Virus record (IMG/VR): IMGVR_UViG_3300029288_000092
Location: 32,001 to 96,000 of that record
DNA from: a virus
Lineage: Duplodnaviria > Caudoviricetes
DNA length: 64,000 nt
Strand: one strand, 5' to 3'
Numbering within the stretch: the first letter of the stretch is position 1; each line of letters opens with the position of its first letter. Made by a program: the position numbers and the translations under genes. The notes beneath the pieces are model-generated. The model did no database searches, was not told the origin of the DNA, and was given only the letters and a program-made list of their open reading frames with translations. Positions 37,999-48,030 of this stretch are shown here, one piece after another.

Positions 37999-39414
37999 TT
38001 ACTCCATATTTCTTTCCATTGTCACCATGGTTAAGAAAAATTTTCTAATTTTCTCAAATTCTTCATTCTTATCATCAAATAATTTAATCATCGTATCAAT
38101 TATAATTTCAACCCAGTCATCTGTTATTGTAACGACATTTCCTTTGACGATATCATACACATAAGGCATTCTCAAATCTTCAATAATATAATTTAATAAA
38201 TTGATAACTATGCTTTTATCCTTTATACCATAGAAATTGACATCCTTTTCCATAATAGCAGTGTAGTATTTTTTTATTGTTTTCTTTCTAATATTCTTAC
38301 TGACAGAATTTTTTCTTGTTTTCACTACTCTCAATAACAATGATAATTTTTGAAAGAATGGATCTTCAGGATATAATTTTGAAATAAGTTGTGAAATAAA
38401 TAAATTATTCAATACGATATAATGTGTTTTTCTTTCATTTAAAAAGCTAGTAGAAATTCCAGTTATTTTTGATGTTATTAAATTTCCAATGGTATACATG
38501 ATTGGGGATACTGTTACATCTGCAGATCGCTGTATTAAATTATCAACACTTTCTTTATCAAATAAATATTTCAATCCAAATAAAATATGATTATTGAACA
38601 TAGATTCATTCATAATTAATTTATCGACATCAAGTGCCATCAAATATTGCTCAAAGTAATTTTCATTGTTATCGCTAATAATAGTAGAATTTATATTAGT
38701 TCTAATAAGCCATGTGAACTTTTCGTTAATAACTGAAACAATAAATGTCATTGGATTCTTTTTAACTCCAAAATCATATGTAACTAAAAACTGATGCATG
38801 AAAGAATTAAACATCATCAGAGAGTATCCTATGTTTTGGTATCCATATTTAATAGATACTAAATTCCATAACATTTTATCAGATAAAGAAAATTTAAAAG
38901 ATAATTGCCTAATCAGTCTATAAAGAATATCAACAAATCCAGCATTATATAATTCACCTGTTACCACAAACATAAATTTTTTATAGAGATATTCTGTAAA
39001 ATTATTTTTATCAAATATAAAAGGAGAAATCAATTTTAATGAAATTATTGTTTCCAATAACATTTTCATCATTTTTTCATCTATATAAAGAGATTTGCCT
39101 GTTTTCTTGGTTGGATTACAATAATTGGAAACATCAATGTCCATCATCTCAAATCTTTTCTTTGAAATAAAAGAAACATCTTTTAATTTCTCAAAGAAAT
39201 TATCCCAATCTTCTGCAACATAATATTCGATTAATGATCTGATGAATGGTTCATATTCTGAAACTAATAATGTTGATCCTTTGATAAAATCAATTATTTC
39301 GTCGCAAGAATTTCTCATTGTCAAATTCTTTATAGCAAACTTCCACTTATATCCATCGCTGAATATAAATTCTCCAAATTTATTACTTTTTTCCTGAGAT
39401 TGAATAAGTTTCAT
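37999..39414 (-). CDS. Hypothetical helical protein, candidate RNAP specificity (sigma-like) subunit
   Basis: First gene of the RNAP cluster, 471 aa; function inferred from position and size only. Confidence 0.35.
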   Translation of the reverse strand: MKLIQSQEKSNKFGEFIFSDGYKWKFAIKNLTMRNSCDEIIDFIKGSTLLVSEYEPFIRSLIEYYVAEDWDNFFEKLKDVSFISKKRFEMMDIDVSNYCNPTKKTGKSLYIDEKMMKMLLETIISLKLISPFIFDKNNFTEYLYKKFMFVVTGELYNAGFVDILYRLIRQLSFKFSLSDKMLWNLVSIKYGYQNIGYSLMMFNSFMHQFLVTYDFGVKKNPMTFIVSVINEKFTWLIRTNINSTIISDNNENYFEQYLMALDVDKLIMNESMFNNHILFGLKYLFDKESVDNLIQRSADVTVSPIMYTIGNLITSKITGISTSFLNERKTHYIVLNNLFISQLISKLYPEDPFFQKLSLLLRVVKTRKNSVSKNIRKKTIKKYYTAIMEKDVNFYGIKDKSIVINLLNYIIEDLRMPYVYDIVKGNVVTITDDWVEIIIDTMIKLFDDKNEEFEKIRKFFLTMVTMERNME

Positions 39415-39493
39415 ATTTAACGCCCTCCGAAAAAATTTTCTTTGTTATGATATATGTACTTTAAAAAATCTAAAAAAAAATAAATATAAACAC

Positions 39494-39530
39494 AAAAAAA
39501 TGGGCACTCTGAGAAAACCCAGAGTGCCCA
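39494..39530 (-). terminator. Intrinsic terminator after the major capsid gene
   Basis: TGGGCACTCTG/CAGAGTGCCCA stem followed by a T tract on the minus strand. Confidence 0.85.
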
Positions 39531-39582
39531 AAATATTTATGTTTCAAACCTGTTATTAAAACAGGAGGGCTCTAAAATAATA

Positions 39583-41067
39583 TTACGTTATTTCCAGCAC
39601 ACCAAGACCTTTGTGATGCACGAATGCAGTTCCATACCTGGTCAGCACGCTGAAAGATGGTTTATATCCCTTGGGATACGGAATGACCAATCCAGGAGTA
39701 TGCATAATCAAATAGAACACTGATTTATGCTCTTCATTCGGACCCGGTTTGTAGACGAGCAGCATTTTGTTCTTTTCCTGTACAGGTGAATCGATGACAG
39801 TCATATTGCCACCTTCAATCTCTGCAGCTTTATAACCGACAACCGATTTGCCCTGACGATCATAATCAACTCTATAAGTATCCAGATCCCTTAACAGAGC
39901 TGCATTAAGAGTGTTCGCGGCCATAACATTAGCTTCACCAAGTCTGGTGTCATTCGAGATCTCAGCAGAGATTTCGTTGATTGGGGTGATAATGTTTTCA
40001 TGCCACGATTTCGGACCCCAGTCATAGCCAACAGGAGCATTCTTAGTGAACTGCTGAATATGGGTAGCAGGAACCAGAGCTGGATTATAAACCACACCAG
40101 TCAAAGACTTAAGAATGTAGTTGTCCAGATCAAGAGCAATCTGCGAACCAATCAGGTCGAGAATAATGGATTCAAGTTCAACATCATAAAGAGACTTGAC
40201 ATCCATTTTCTGCTGCACAGTATATGAAACTTCGATCTGCCTGTCAACGATCGGAATCCTGATCTTGTCAATTTCAATTTCCATTTTTGAAGAAACTGTA
40301 TTTTCTTCGATAGAAACTGTTGCTTCGACCTTAGCCTGAGTAGCAACACCATTCACCGAGCTAAATGTGATTGTTCCATTCAGGAAGTCAACTTTTCCAG
40401 TGACAACATCAGTTGCTGCACCGAGAGTTACGGGAATATAGAAATTGCCATCAACAGTTGTGATCTGGTCAACTCTATAAATGTTTGCGCCATCAGTGAT
40501 CTCAAGAATCTTAAGATCTCTTTCAATGTGAGCAGAAGCAGGAGTTAACCCACCAGCAGCTGCCAGAAGATCGGTAGAACCTGGGACCGCACAAACGAAT
40601 CCACCTGGAACACCAAGGGTCGGGCCTCTGGAGATATCGGTGCTCATTGAAGGAGCATCATAGTTATTCACATCGTTCCATCTGTTGAACTTAGCTCTCA
40701 TGATGGGTTTGATGATGTCCACTTTATCAGTGGTTGCAAAAGTGATAAGATCTTTTGCAATCAAACGAGGATAAAACACGGGAATCAACGGCAGTGAAAG
40801 AACTTCATAGTGGGACAATGAACCTTTTGCATTTTCCATCAAAAGAGTTTCCCTGGTTCCTTTAGCCATAGTCTTAATATTAATCCTGTCATGTGCATCC
40901 GTGAATGGGGCTGACAGCGACTCCACATAATAATTGAATGCTTTCTCATCAGCTAACACGTTAGTATTCTGAAGAGGATTTGAAAGATCAATACTAAAAT
41001 TTTTCTTAATACCCCTGAAACTTTCAATCAGTAGGTCTTTCGTAACAAAACTGTTTTGCTTAGCCAT
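39583..41067 (-). CDS. Major capsid protein (T4 gp23-like)
   Basis: LPLIPVFYPRLIAKDL, IEVSYTVQQKMDVKSLY.VELE..ILD.I..QIALDLD, ANVMAAN, LTRYG; C-ending codon bias typical of high expression; downstream of the prohead protease. Confidence 0.88.
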   Translation of the reverse strand: MAKQNSFVTKDLLIESFRGIKKNFSIDLSNPLQNTNVLADEKAFNYYVESLSAPFTDAHDRINIKTMAKGTRETLLMENAKGSLSHYEVLSLPLIPVFYPRLIAKDLITFATTDKVDIIKPIMRAKFNRWNDVNNYDAPSMSTDISRGPTLGVPGGFVCAVPGSTDLLAAAGGLTPASAHIERDLKILEITDGANIYRVDQITTVDGNFYIPVTLGAATDVVTGKVDFLNGTITFSSVNGVATQAKVEATVSIEENTVSSKMEIEIDKIRIPIVDRQIEVSYTVQQKMDVKSLYDVELESIILDLIGSQIALDLDNYILKSLTGVVYNPALVPATHIQQFTKNAPVGYDWGPKSWHENIITPINEISAEISNDTRLGEANVMAANTLNAALLRDLDTYRVDYDRQGKSVVGYKAAEIEGGNMTVIDSPVQEKNKMLLVYKPGPNEEHKSVFYLIMHTPGLVIPYPKGYKPSFSVLTRYGTAFVHHKGLGVLEIT

Positions 41068-41072
41068 TATAA

Positions 41073-41483
41073 TTACCTCCTAATATTTTCCAATATCTTG
41101 GACTTTACTTCTTCTATTATTTTATTCTGCTTTTCCAGCTCATTAAACGACATTGTTTTCAATTTCTTCATTATAAGTTTAATGTCACTTCTTAATTGCA
41201 GTGAAAGGAATTTTTTCTCGGCAATAAAAATTAAATTATTGACAATTCTTTCACTAAGTTGCATTTTTTTGTATTCATAGTTTAAACTTTTCAATTTTGA
41301 TAAAATGTCATTTAACTTTTTTAAAATAATTTTAGTCTCATTCTGAATACCTAAATACCTATTTCTAATCTCTTCATTCTCTCTATCAACAAAAGGTTTT
41401 AGGTAGAAACCAAACTTATTTCTGACTTCAATCAATCTTTTTATTGGATAGTTACTTTTTTCTTTTCCAATAATATCCATCAT
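41073..41483 (-). CDS. Hypothetical basic coiled-coil protein
   Basis: ORF in the head operon. Confidence 0.55.
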   Translation of the reverse strand: MMDIIGKEKSNYPIKRLIEVRNKFGFYLKPFVDRENEEIRNRYLGIQNETKIILKKLNDILSKLKSLNYEYKKMQLSERIVNNLIFIAEKKFLSLQLRSDIKLIMKKLKTMSFNELEKQNKIIEEVKSKILENIRR

Positions 41484-41495
41484 TTTTCTAAATCC

Positions 41496-41768
41496 TCACT
41501 CTTCTTTAATGAGTTTTTTGAGTTTATCCAACCCAATTGCTATATTTTCTTCCGATTTAACAATTTTAGTTTTAAAAACTTTTTCCTGTATTTCGGAAGT
41601 TGATAACTTCTTTTTCAAAAATTCCAATTTACTAACTGCTGCTTCTAACTTTTCTTTTAGATACTTAACTCTTTTACCCTCGGATCCAAATCCCTGGGTA
41701 ACTATCTCCATCATGGTATTTATTAAATTCTGTTTATTATTTTGTTTTTGTTCATAAATGTTAATCAT
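41496..41768 (-). CDS. Hypothetical protein
   Basis: ORF in the head operon. Confidence 0.55.
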   Translation of the reverse strand: MINIYEQKQNNKQNLINTMMEIVTQGFGSEGKRVKYLKEKLEAAVSKLEFLKKKLSTSEIQEKVFKTKIVKSEENIAIGLDKLKKLIKEE

Positions 41769-41821
41769 AAACTACACCCCTATTTTTTCATGGTTGTTTT
41801 TTACCAACATATATCAAGATA

Positions 41822-42586
41822 TTAACTTGTTTTCTCCTTGACATTTTTAAGATAATCTTTTGCTTTAGACGCAAATTTCTTTGTTTCTTCTTCTGGTGAT
41901 TTCCCAGAAAAGAATCTAAGAATTCTTCTTCCAACTGGAACTAATAATTTGGCACTGACAACTCCAACAACTGCCAAAGACAACCACATCATTGACGTTG
42001 ATAATAATTCTCTTGGTATTTCAATTGTAAGAGGAATATTATTTCTAGATTTTATTCCGATTAATGTTGAAAGATCTTTTATCATTCCTTTGAGGTATGG
42101 AATAGCTTTTTTATATTCCCCAGATCTAACAAATTTTTCGAATTCTGATTTATTAGACAATGTAGTATTTTTTATTTCTTTAATAATTTCAAGACTATCT
42201 TTTACTAATTCTTTATCGACTTCCTCTTTCAGCACTGCAGACTCACCCATTGCACTTTTCATGGCCAATTCTCTACTTGCTTGACTGTGCTTTATAGCCA
42301 TATCTGTTTTAGAACCCAACATTGCAGTTAAAGCTGCCAATAAAGCCACAGAAACTTTTCCAATATTATTAACAACCAATACACCAAGACCTGAAATAAT
42401 TGGAGCTATCACTGCAGATGATCCTGCGATTTCATTCAAATATTTTTCTACTATATATTTATCTTCCATTTCAAGAATACTTTTAATATTACTTTCATTG
42501 AGAATGTTTAATGAACTAGATATAGTTTCTATTTTGATACATTCAGAAAAGAAATGTAAATTATTTTTGGTTAATTTCAATTTCAT
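41822..42586 (-). CDS. Hypothetical virion protein with hydrophobic segments
   Basis: N-terminus resembles that of 23054..24100; LNES/ILE motifs. Confidence 0.55.
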   Translation of the reverse strand: MKLKLTKNNLHFFSECIKIETISSSLNILNESNIKSILEMEDKYIVEKYLNEIAGSSAVIAPIISGLGVLVVNNIGKVSVALLAALTAMLGSKTDMAIKHSQASRELAMKSAMGESAVLKEEVDKELVKDSLEIIKEIKNTTLSNKSEFEKFVRSGEYKKAIPYLKGMIKDLSTLIGIKSRNNIPLTIEIPRELLSTSMMWLSLAVVGVVSAKLLVPVGRRILRFFSGKSPEEETKKFASKAKDYLKNVKEKTS

Positions 42587-42599
42587 TTTATATCCTCCC

Positions 42600-43256
42600 T
42601 TAGCACCATTTATTCAGAGTTTCAAATAATATTTTTTCAAAGTTTTCGCTTTTAACACCACTGGATAAATTTCCAATTTTTAAGCTTTCCTGAATATTAT
42701 AAAATTTTTCCTCTGAAAGATTTCTAAAATGGGCTTCCATATGTGATGGTGTTGAAACAGCATCATATGATACCAAATAATCAATATGATCCACAACAAC
42801 ATGGTCACCAACTCTATTTCCTTGACCTATGGCTCTAAGAGAAAATCCCAGCGGAACATCATCTTTAATTATTTTGACAACCTGGTCACCAAGACCAAAC
42901 AATGTTGATTCAACAATTCCCCACAATTCGTTATTTTCAAACCAAAATTTAGTGATAACATGTGAGCATCTTTCCCATAATACAGTCGAAAGTCTCAATT
43001 CAACTGCTTGTTCATCACCATAATTTGCAAGCATTGGATGATCTAATTCACCAACAAATCCTCTTGGATTTATAAGAGTCTCCATTTTGAATTTGAGGGC
43101 TTCTTCTAACGCTCGTTTTGTGTAGATCCTACCGTTTCTATTTTTACCGTCTACTGTTTGAAGAACAGCTTTAAATATTACCTTATTAGGAAGGCGAGTA
43201 AGAATAGTTCTTTTTGTTAGATCGGCTCCTTCCATAACTAAAAATCTATTTGACAT
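42600..43256 (-). CDS. Prohead core protease (T4 gp21-like)
   Basis: NRNGRIY, GELDHP, SHVIT, GFSLRAIG, YDAVSTPSH..A. Confidence 0.92.
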   Translation of the reverse strand: MSNRFLVMEGADLTKRTILTRLPNKVIFKAVLQTVDGKNRNGRIYTKRALEEALKFKMETLINPRGFVGELDHPMLANYGDEQAVELRLSTVLWERCSHVITKFWFENNELWGIVESTLFGLGDQVVKIIKDDVPLGFSLRAIGQGNRVGDHVVVDHIDYLVSYDAVSTPSHMEAHFRNLSEEKFYNIQESLKIGNLSSGVKSENFEKILFETLNKWC

Positions 43257-43662
43257 TTCTATTTCCTCCCATTATGTTTAATTTATTTTTATTTTTATCT
43301 TCATGAGTTTCTTCAGTTGATTTTTTCTCTTCTTCTTCTTTTTCTTTTTTCTCTTCTTCATTAATATATTTAACCATATGTTCATCCATCTTCCAGACCA
43401 ATTTTAAAATAACACCCAATATTCTTTTTAATATAACTATATCTGGAATTTTATCTTTCAATTCATCAACAATTTCATACATTACAGTTATCTTATTATT
43501 TATTAAATCATTTATTGGGCAATTAGGATAATATCTTCTAAATCTTTGAAATGTTCTATCAAAATTAAAAACTATATTTACAATCTGTTTAGATGCCCAC
43601 TTAGTTTCCAATGATTCATTGAGAAAATTAGAATGTTGGAGTTTCTTCTTCTTCATTTGCAT
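43246..43662 (-). CDS. Hypothetical protein (start uncertain)
   Basis: ORF between portal and protease. Confidence 0.5.
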   Translation of the reverse strand: MQMKKKKLQHSNFLNESLETKWASKQIVNIVFNFDRTFQRFRRYYPNCPINDLINNKITVMYEIVDELKDKIPDIVILKRILGVILKLVWKMDEHMVKYINEEEKKEKEEEEKKSTEETHEDKNKNKLNIMGGNRNVK

Positions 43663-45532
43663 TTGAATCCAATTCCCCCTCTATATCTTTTTCTGTCTTA
43701 TTGAGTAAATCACTATCAATATATTTATTGATGAATTTTTCTTCTGATAAATCTAGACCCTTAATGACTTCTTTAAATTCCTTAAGAGCACCAAAATATT
43801 CACTTTCTCTTGTTAATTCAACACTCCGTGGCCTTGGAAATAAAACATCAACAAAATAACATTCTTCACCATACACCATTTTATATATGGCCCTAACTAA
43901 GCGATTAAGAGTTATTTCAAAACACTTCTGATAACTGATTATTGTTTTTGCAAAAATTATATTTTCATGCGACAATGTTGCTCTACTTTCTATATTTTCT
44001 TCAACGCTTAAATATGGGGGAGGAACATCCAATCCAGCAATAAATGAATCTCTCATTGCTTTATAGTCATCTATCTTCGCATCTAATCCAGCAGGAGGAG
44101 TTACAGTATCAAACTCCACAAATCTTTTTCCATCTTTCATAGGAATAAATATATCCTCGAAAGTTGTAATCATGGAAGGAACCGTATCCACACCACCAGT
44201 ATCTCCAAGAGAGAATTTTCTTCTCGAATATAATTCTCTCCAACGTTCAATTATATTTCTAACATTTTTTTCTGCGCCCATTTCAAGTGCAATTAATCTT
44301 TTTTCTGTTGACCTAGTTAGACGCATAAGTGCCATCAGTGTTTTAAAAAGAACAACCATCTTAGCATCAAATTCCAAAAATGCAAATATTGATTCCCCAA
44401 ATGGATCATATTCATCAGAATCTATTTTAAAATGAAACATCATATCCGGAGGAACAAATCTCATTTCAGCAACATTATTTCCCATTCTTGCACTCGTGTT
44501 ATCATTATAAAATAAATACATTCTGGTTAACATTATTTTAAGATCCCTATTGTTATCTATCTCTTCCACTATTTTTGCATTATGTGCCAGATGACCTTTT
44601 ATTTTTCTTAAAAATTCTTTCATGTGATCATTATTTGCTATTTTATATAAAATATTATTTTCAATTTTTGGAGCATTTAATAAATCTTTTGGAAAAATAA
44701 TATACCCAAAACAAACCTCATCACCTATCCTAACAACCAAACCAGGATTATGTTTTACGAGTAAAATATTTTCCAGACTGGTATTATTAGTCCCAGCTTC
44801 TTTGTCTTCTTTGTCTTCTTGATCTTCAGCTTTATCAACTATCGTTTGTGCTATTTCCTCATTCTCAATTAATCTTCTTAATGATATTTTATCAAATGGA
44901 GAAGATTTAACTTTAAATTTAATATTCAATGTTTTTTTAACATCTTCTTCAAGATTGAGAGATTCTGTCAGCACACCTTTCTCCCTCAATTCTTTATTCA
45001 TATCTAATAACTCTATAAAACTATCACCATATTTGCATGTAGTTTTAGTAGTTTTTTTCATTTCACCTTTGAAATCCAATGTTTCTAGAATTTCCAAAAT
45101 ATTTCTTTTTATCTCATTTTCTTTTTCTTTTGTGACTATATCCATATTCTTTCTAATATTAAATGCAGTGTCAGTAATACTATCTGGTGCCAATATTTCT
45201 GAAGATATTACATTCAATGCTTTTTTTGCATATGGTATTTTTCTAACCATGGCATCATATTCTTTATATCTACCAACTCTTTCAGCTATTGAAAATTTAA
45301 ATGATTCACTATGTGAACCACTGAACATTTTACCAACCAAATCAGTCATTTCAGAATTATTTAAATTGTTCCCTTTATCGTTTACTAATTTACCAATAAC
45401 TTGTAAAAAGGAGTCAGTCCTTCCTAACTGCTTATCTTTTATAAAATCATTTATAACAACATCAGTTTTTAGACCGGTTGGATCTGTTTCCCCGCCTAAT
45501 AGTTTCTGCAGCATTACATCAAAATAATTCAT
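43628..45532 (-). CDS. Portal protein (T4 gp20-like)
   Basis: RYKEYDAM...ALNVISSE, CKYGDSFI, PFGESI, RLTRSTEKR, EDIFIP, AGLDVPPPYL, FAKTI...Q. Confidence 0.9.
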   Translation of the reverse strand: MNYFDVMLQKLLGGETDPTGLKTDVVINDFIKDKQLGRTDSFLQVIGKLVNDKGNNLNNSEMTDLVGKMFSGSHSESFKFSIAERVGRYKEYDAMVRKIPYAKKALNVISSEILAPDSITDTAFNIRKNMDIVTKEKENEIKRNILEILETLDFKGEMKKTTKTTCKYGDSFIELLDMNKELREKGVLTESLNLEEDVKKTLNIKFKVKSSPFDKISLRRLIENEEIAQTIVDKAEDQEDKEDKEAGTNNTSLENILLVKHNPGLVVRIGDEVCFGYIIFPKDLLNAPKIENNILYKIANNDHMKEFLRKIKGHLAHNAKIVEEIDNNRDLKIMLTRMYLFYNDNTSARMGNNVAEMRFVPPDMMFHFKIDSDEYDPFGESIFAFLEFDAKMVVLFKTLMALMRLTRSTEKRLIALEMGAEKNVRNIIERWRELYSRRKFSLGDTGGVDTVPSMITTFEDIFIPMKDGKRFVEFDTVTPPAGLDAKIDDYKAMRDSFIAGLDVPPPYLSVEENIESRATLSHENIIFAKTIISYQKCFEITLNRLVRAIYKMVYGEECYFVDVLFPRPRSVELTRESEYFGALKEFKEVIKGLDLSEEKFINKYIDSDLLNKTEKDIEGELDSNANEEEETPTF

Positions 45533-45535
45533 TCA

Positions 45536-45958
45536 TCATTCTCCTTTTTCCATGAAATTTGAATATAATACCTCTGATGCTTTTATTAATTTATCATCGA
45601 TAATATAATTGTGAAAAACAAGTGTCAAGTATAATTTCAAATTTCTCTCTCCACCATAGGACTTACATGCTAATGAATATATTATATCTCCACACATAAT
45701 TTTAAAGAAATCCCTAAAAGATGTAGAGTACAATATAAAATCTTCCTGTGATAATCTAGTGTTATTATTTATATATACTGCTAAATCTCGTATCCTAAAA
45801 ATATCATAACACTGTTTTGCTTTATATATTATTATATCATTTATTTTCATATAATTTTCAGTACACTTAATTCTTAAATCCATTGTACTTTTCATGGAAT
45901 GAAAAACTGTCAAATTAATGATGATAATAAATAAAAAAAAGATTATAGTCCAAATCAT
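45536..45958 (-). CDS. Hypothetical N-terminal TM protein
   Basis: Hydrophobic N-terminus. Confidence 0.55.
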   Translation of the reverse strand: MIWTIIFFLFIIIINLTVFHSMKSTMDLRIKCTENYMKINDIIIYKAKQCYDIFRIRDLAVYINNNTRLSQEDFILYSTSFRDFFKIMCGDIIYSLACKSYGGERNLKLYLTLVFHNYIIDDKLIKASEVLYSNFMEKGE

Positions 45959-45959
45959 A

Positions 45960-46262
45960 TTAATTGACCTCTATATTATTATCTTCAGATATGGTCTCAT
46001 TCTCTTCTATTGAAATTCTAACACCTTCAAGAGATTTGATTTTTTCATCCATATCAATATTATTTTCTTCAGCACCATGTCCAATTACAAAATTTATACT
46101 AGAACCTCGAATTATTGCAAATTCTGATTCATTTTCTACACATAAAACAAGTGAATTTGACATAGCTTTTTGTATAAGATCTTTTGCTTCTGCCTTATCC
46201 TTGTCTTCAGTGGTAATTATAATTGGTTTTGAAACATCAGACATAAAAAATGTCAATTTCAT
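45960..46262 (-). CDS. Hypothetical protein
   Basis: ORF with a GGAGG RBS. Confidence 0.6.
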   Translation of the reverse strand: MKLTFFMSDVSKPIIITTEDKDKAEAKDLIQKAMSNSLVLCVENESEFAIIRGSSINFVIGHGAEENNIDMDEKIKSLEGVRISIEENETISEDNNIEVN

Positions 46263-46294
46263 AATATTTTAGCCCTCCGGATTAACGTGTTTGA

Positions 46295-46323
46295 AATGGG
46301 GAGGATTAAATTCCTCCCCATTT
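46295..46323 (-). terminator. Terminator-like hairpin
   Basis: ATGGGGAGGA/TTCCTCCCCAT stem after the scaffold operon. Confidence 0.7.
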
Positions 46324-46335
46324 TATTATAGAAAG

Positions 46336-46644
46336 TTATTCTTTCTTATCGTCTTTATCTTTTTTGTCTTCTTTCTTCTTATGGAAAGGTTGTTCCTCTT
46401 TTGATTCTCTCCTGATATCCTTGAGAGGCTTATCAGTTTTTTCAACTTTCACAACTTCTTTCTTTCCATCATCAAGCGGTGTGACAGTATACTGATTTTC
46501 CAATATACCAACAGCTTTCAATCTAACTTTAAATTCCTGTAATTCTTTTTCATTGAGCATGACTAAACGAAGAGGAGTTCTGAACATTCCTCTCTTCCAC
46601 TCAATCATCTTACCAGGAAGTTTAACATAAACCAAATATCTCAT
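46336..46644 (-). CDS. Hypothetical protein, high-expression-type codon usage
   Basis: GGAGG RBS. Confidence 0.6.
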   Translation of the reverse strand: MRYLVYVKLPGKMIEWKRGMFRTPLRLVMLNEKELQEFKVRLKAVGILENQYTVTPLDDGKKEVVKVEKTDKPLKDIRRESKEEQPFHKKKEDKKDKDDKKE

Positions 46645-46661
46645 TGCATATACCTCCGAAT

Positions 46662-47939
46662 TTATTTCTTCTTTTTATTTTCCCCAAACCTCAGCCATTC
46701 TTCAAATTCCTCATAATCTTCCTCATCCTGAAGACTTTTAAAATTTGTTTTGCCTTCTTCTAATTTTTTTCCTTCTTTGCCTTCATCCTGTTTGTCCAAT
46801 CCATTGTCTTCGTCTTCTTGGACTTCATCAGTTTCGGTTTCTGAAAAATCTTCACCAAGAACATCGCTGCCTTCTTCTTCTTCCAAAAAGCTAAGATCTT
46901 CCTTGAAAATATCAAGTTCGCTATATTCATCACCAAGATTTACTTTCTTTGGCTTAGGTTTGCTTGGCTCCATCACATCGATTTCAGTGGAGATAGAATC
47001 GTCCATGCCTTCTGTTTTGGCTTGCTCAATGAGATCATCCAGATAAGTGTCGGCCATTTCGAGATCTTCCTGTATGACCGAACTCTTCATGATCTTCCTC
47101 ATCTCTGATTCCAGCTGCTGGAATTCTTTAATAAGATGTGCACTTTCCTGCTCAATTTCCTCTTCTTCTTCGGTTTCTTCTTCCATGGGGACTTCAATTT
47201 CTTCCTCATCTTCGGCTTCGGATTCAACTGAATCTTCCTCACTGAACTCTATATCATAAACTTCTTCTGCGGGATCAGCAGCAAATTCTTCATCTGAGGC
47301 AACTTCAACATCACCCATTTCATCATCAACCATAATCTGATCTGGCTCTTCTACACCATCCTGTTGTTCCATAGCTCTTACTGGAGCAAGAGGAGCAACA
47401 TTCTGCTCTTCAAGTTTACCAACTTCAACTGGACCTTCTTTTGGGACCACATTGGATTTGTTTTCCAAACCTTTTTCAGCATCAATCTGTTTTGGTTCTT
47501 CAACAGCATCTTCCGATTCAGTTAAATTTTTTGATTTTTTAGGATCAATCTTTTTCTTCATTGCTTCGGTCTTTGGAAGTTCTTCTTCTTTCTTCTCTTC
47601 CTCATCCTTGGCTTCAGGAGAAACCTCTTCACCTTCAGGAGCTTCTTCTGGCAATTCTTCTACTGCAACTTCACCTTCTGCCGGTTGCTCTTCACCAGGA
47701 AGTTCTTCCGATGGCTCTTCTGATGGCATTTCTTCAGCTGGAAATTCTTCTGAACCAGCTGGCGGAACTTCTTCACTTTTCAAATCTTCGATTGATTTTA
47801 GAAATTCCTCACGTTTAGCAGTCTCTTCGGCTTCGATCTCAGCCGTAGTTTTGAGATTAGAAGCAACATCATTATCTTCAGAATATATTTTCTTTAGAAC
47901 TTCTGCCGCTTCAATTAAATGTTCTGACCTAGTTTTCAT
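46662..47939 (-). CDS. Highly acidic prohead scaffold/core-like protein
   Basis: Glu-rich low complexity with multiple L/I-x-E sites; near portal and protease. Confidence 0.6.
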   Translation of the reverse strand: MKTRSEHLIEAAEVLKKIYSEDNDVASNLKTTAEIEAEETAKREEFLKSIEDLKSEEVPPAGSEEFPAEEMPSEEPSEELPGEEQPAEGEVAVEELPEEAPEGEEVSPEAKDEEEKKEEELPKTEAMKKKIDPKKSKNLTESEDAVEEPKQIDAEKGLENKSNVVPKEGPVEVGKLEEQNVAPLAPVRAMEQQDGVEEPDQIMVDDEMGDVEVASDEEFAADPAEEVYDIEFSEEDSVESEAEDEEEIEVPMEEETEEEEEIEQESAHLIKEFQQLESEMRKIMKSSVIQEDLEMADTYLDDLIEQAKTEGMDDSISTEIDVMEPSKPKPKKVNLGDEYSELDIFKEDLSFLEEEEGSDVLGEDFSETETDEVQEDEDNGLDKQDEGKEGKKLEEGKTNFKSLQDEEDYEEFEEWLRFGENKKKK

Positions 47940-48006
47940 AATTATTCATCCTCCTAGTACTAGATTCGACTGATAATTTTTTAGTGTTTTTATCAAAACA
48001 CATCGT

Positions 48007-48019
48007 TTTTATTTTGTTC
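48007..48019 (-). promoter_or_regulatory. Putative phage promoter motif GAACAAAATAAAA
   Basis: Intergenic, upstream of the scaffold gene. Confidence 0.55.
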
Positions 48020-48030
48020 AAACCTTTTAA

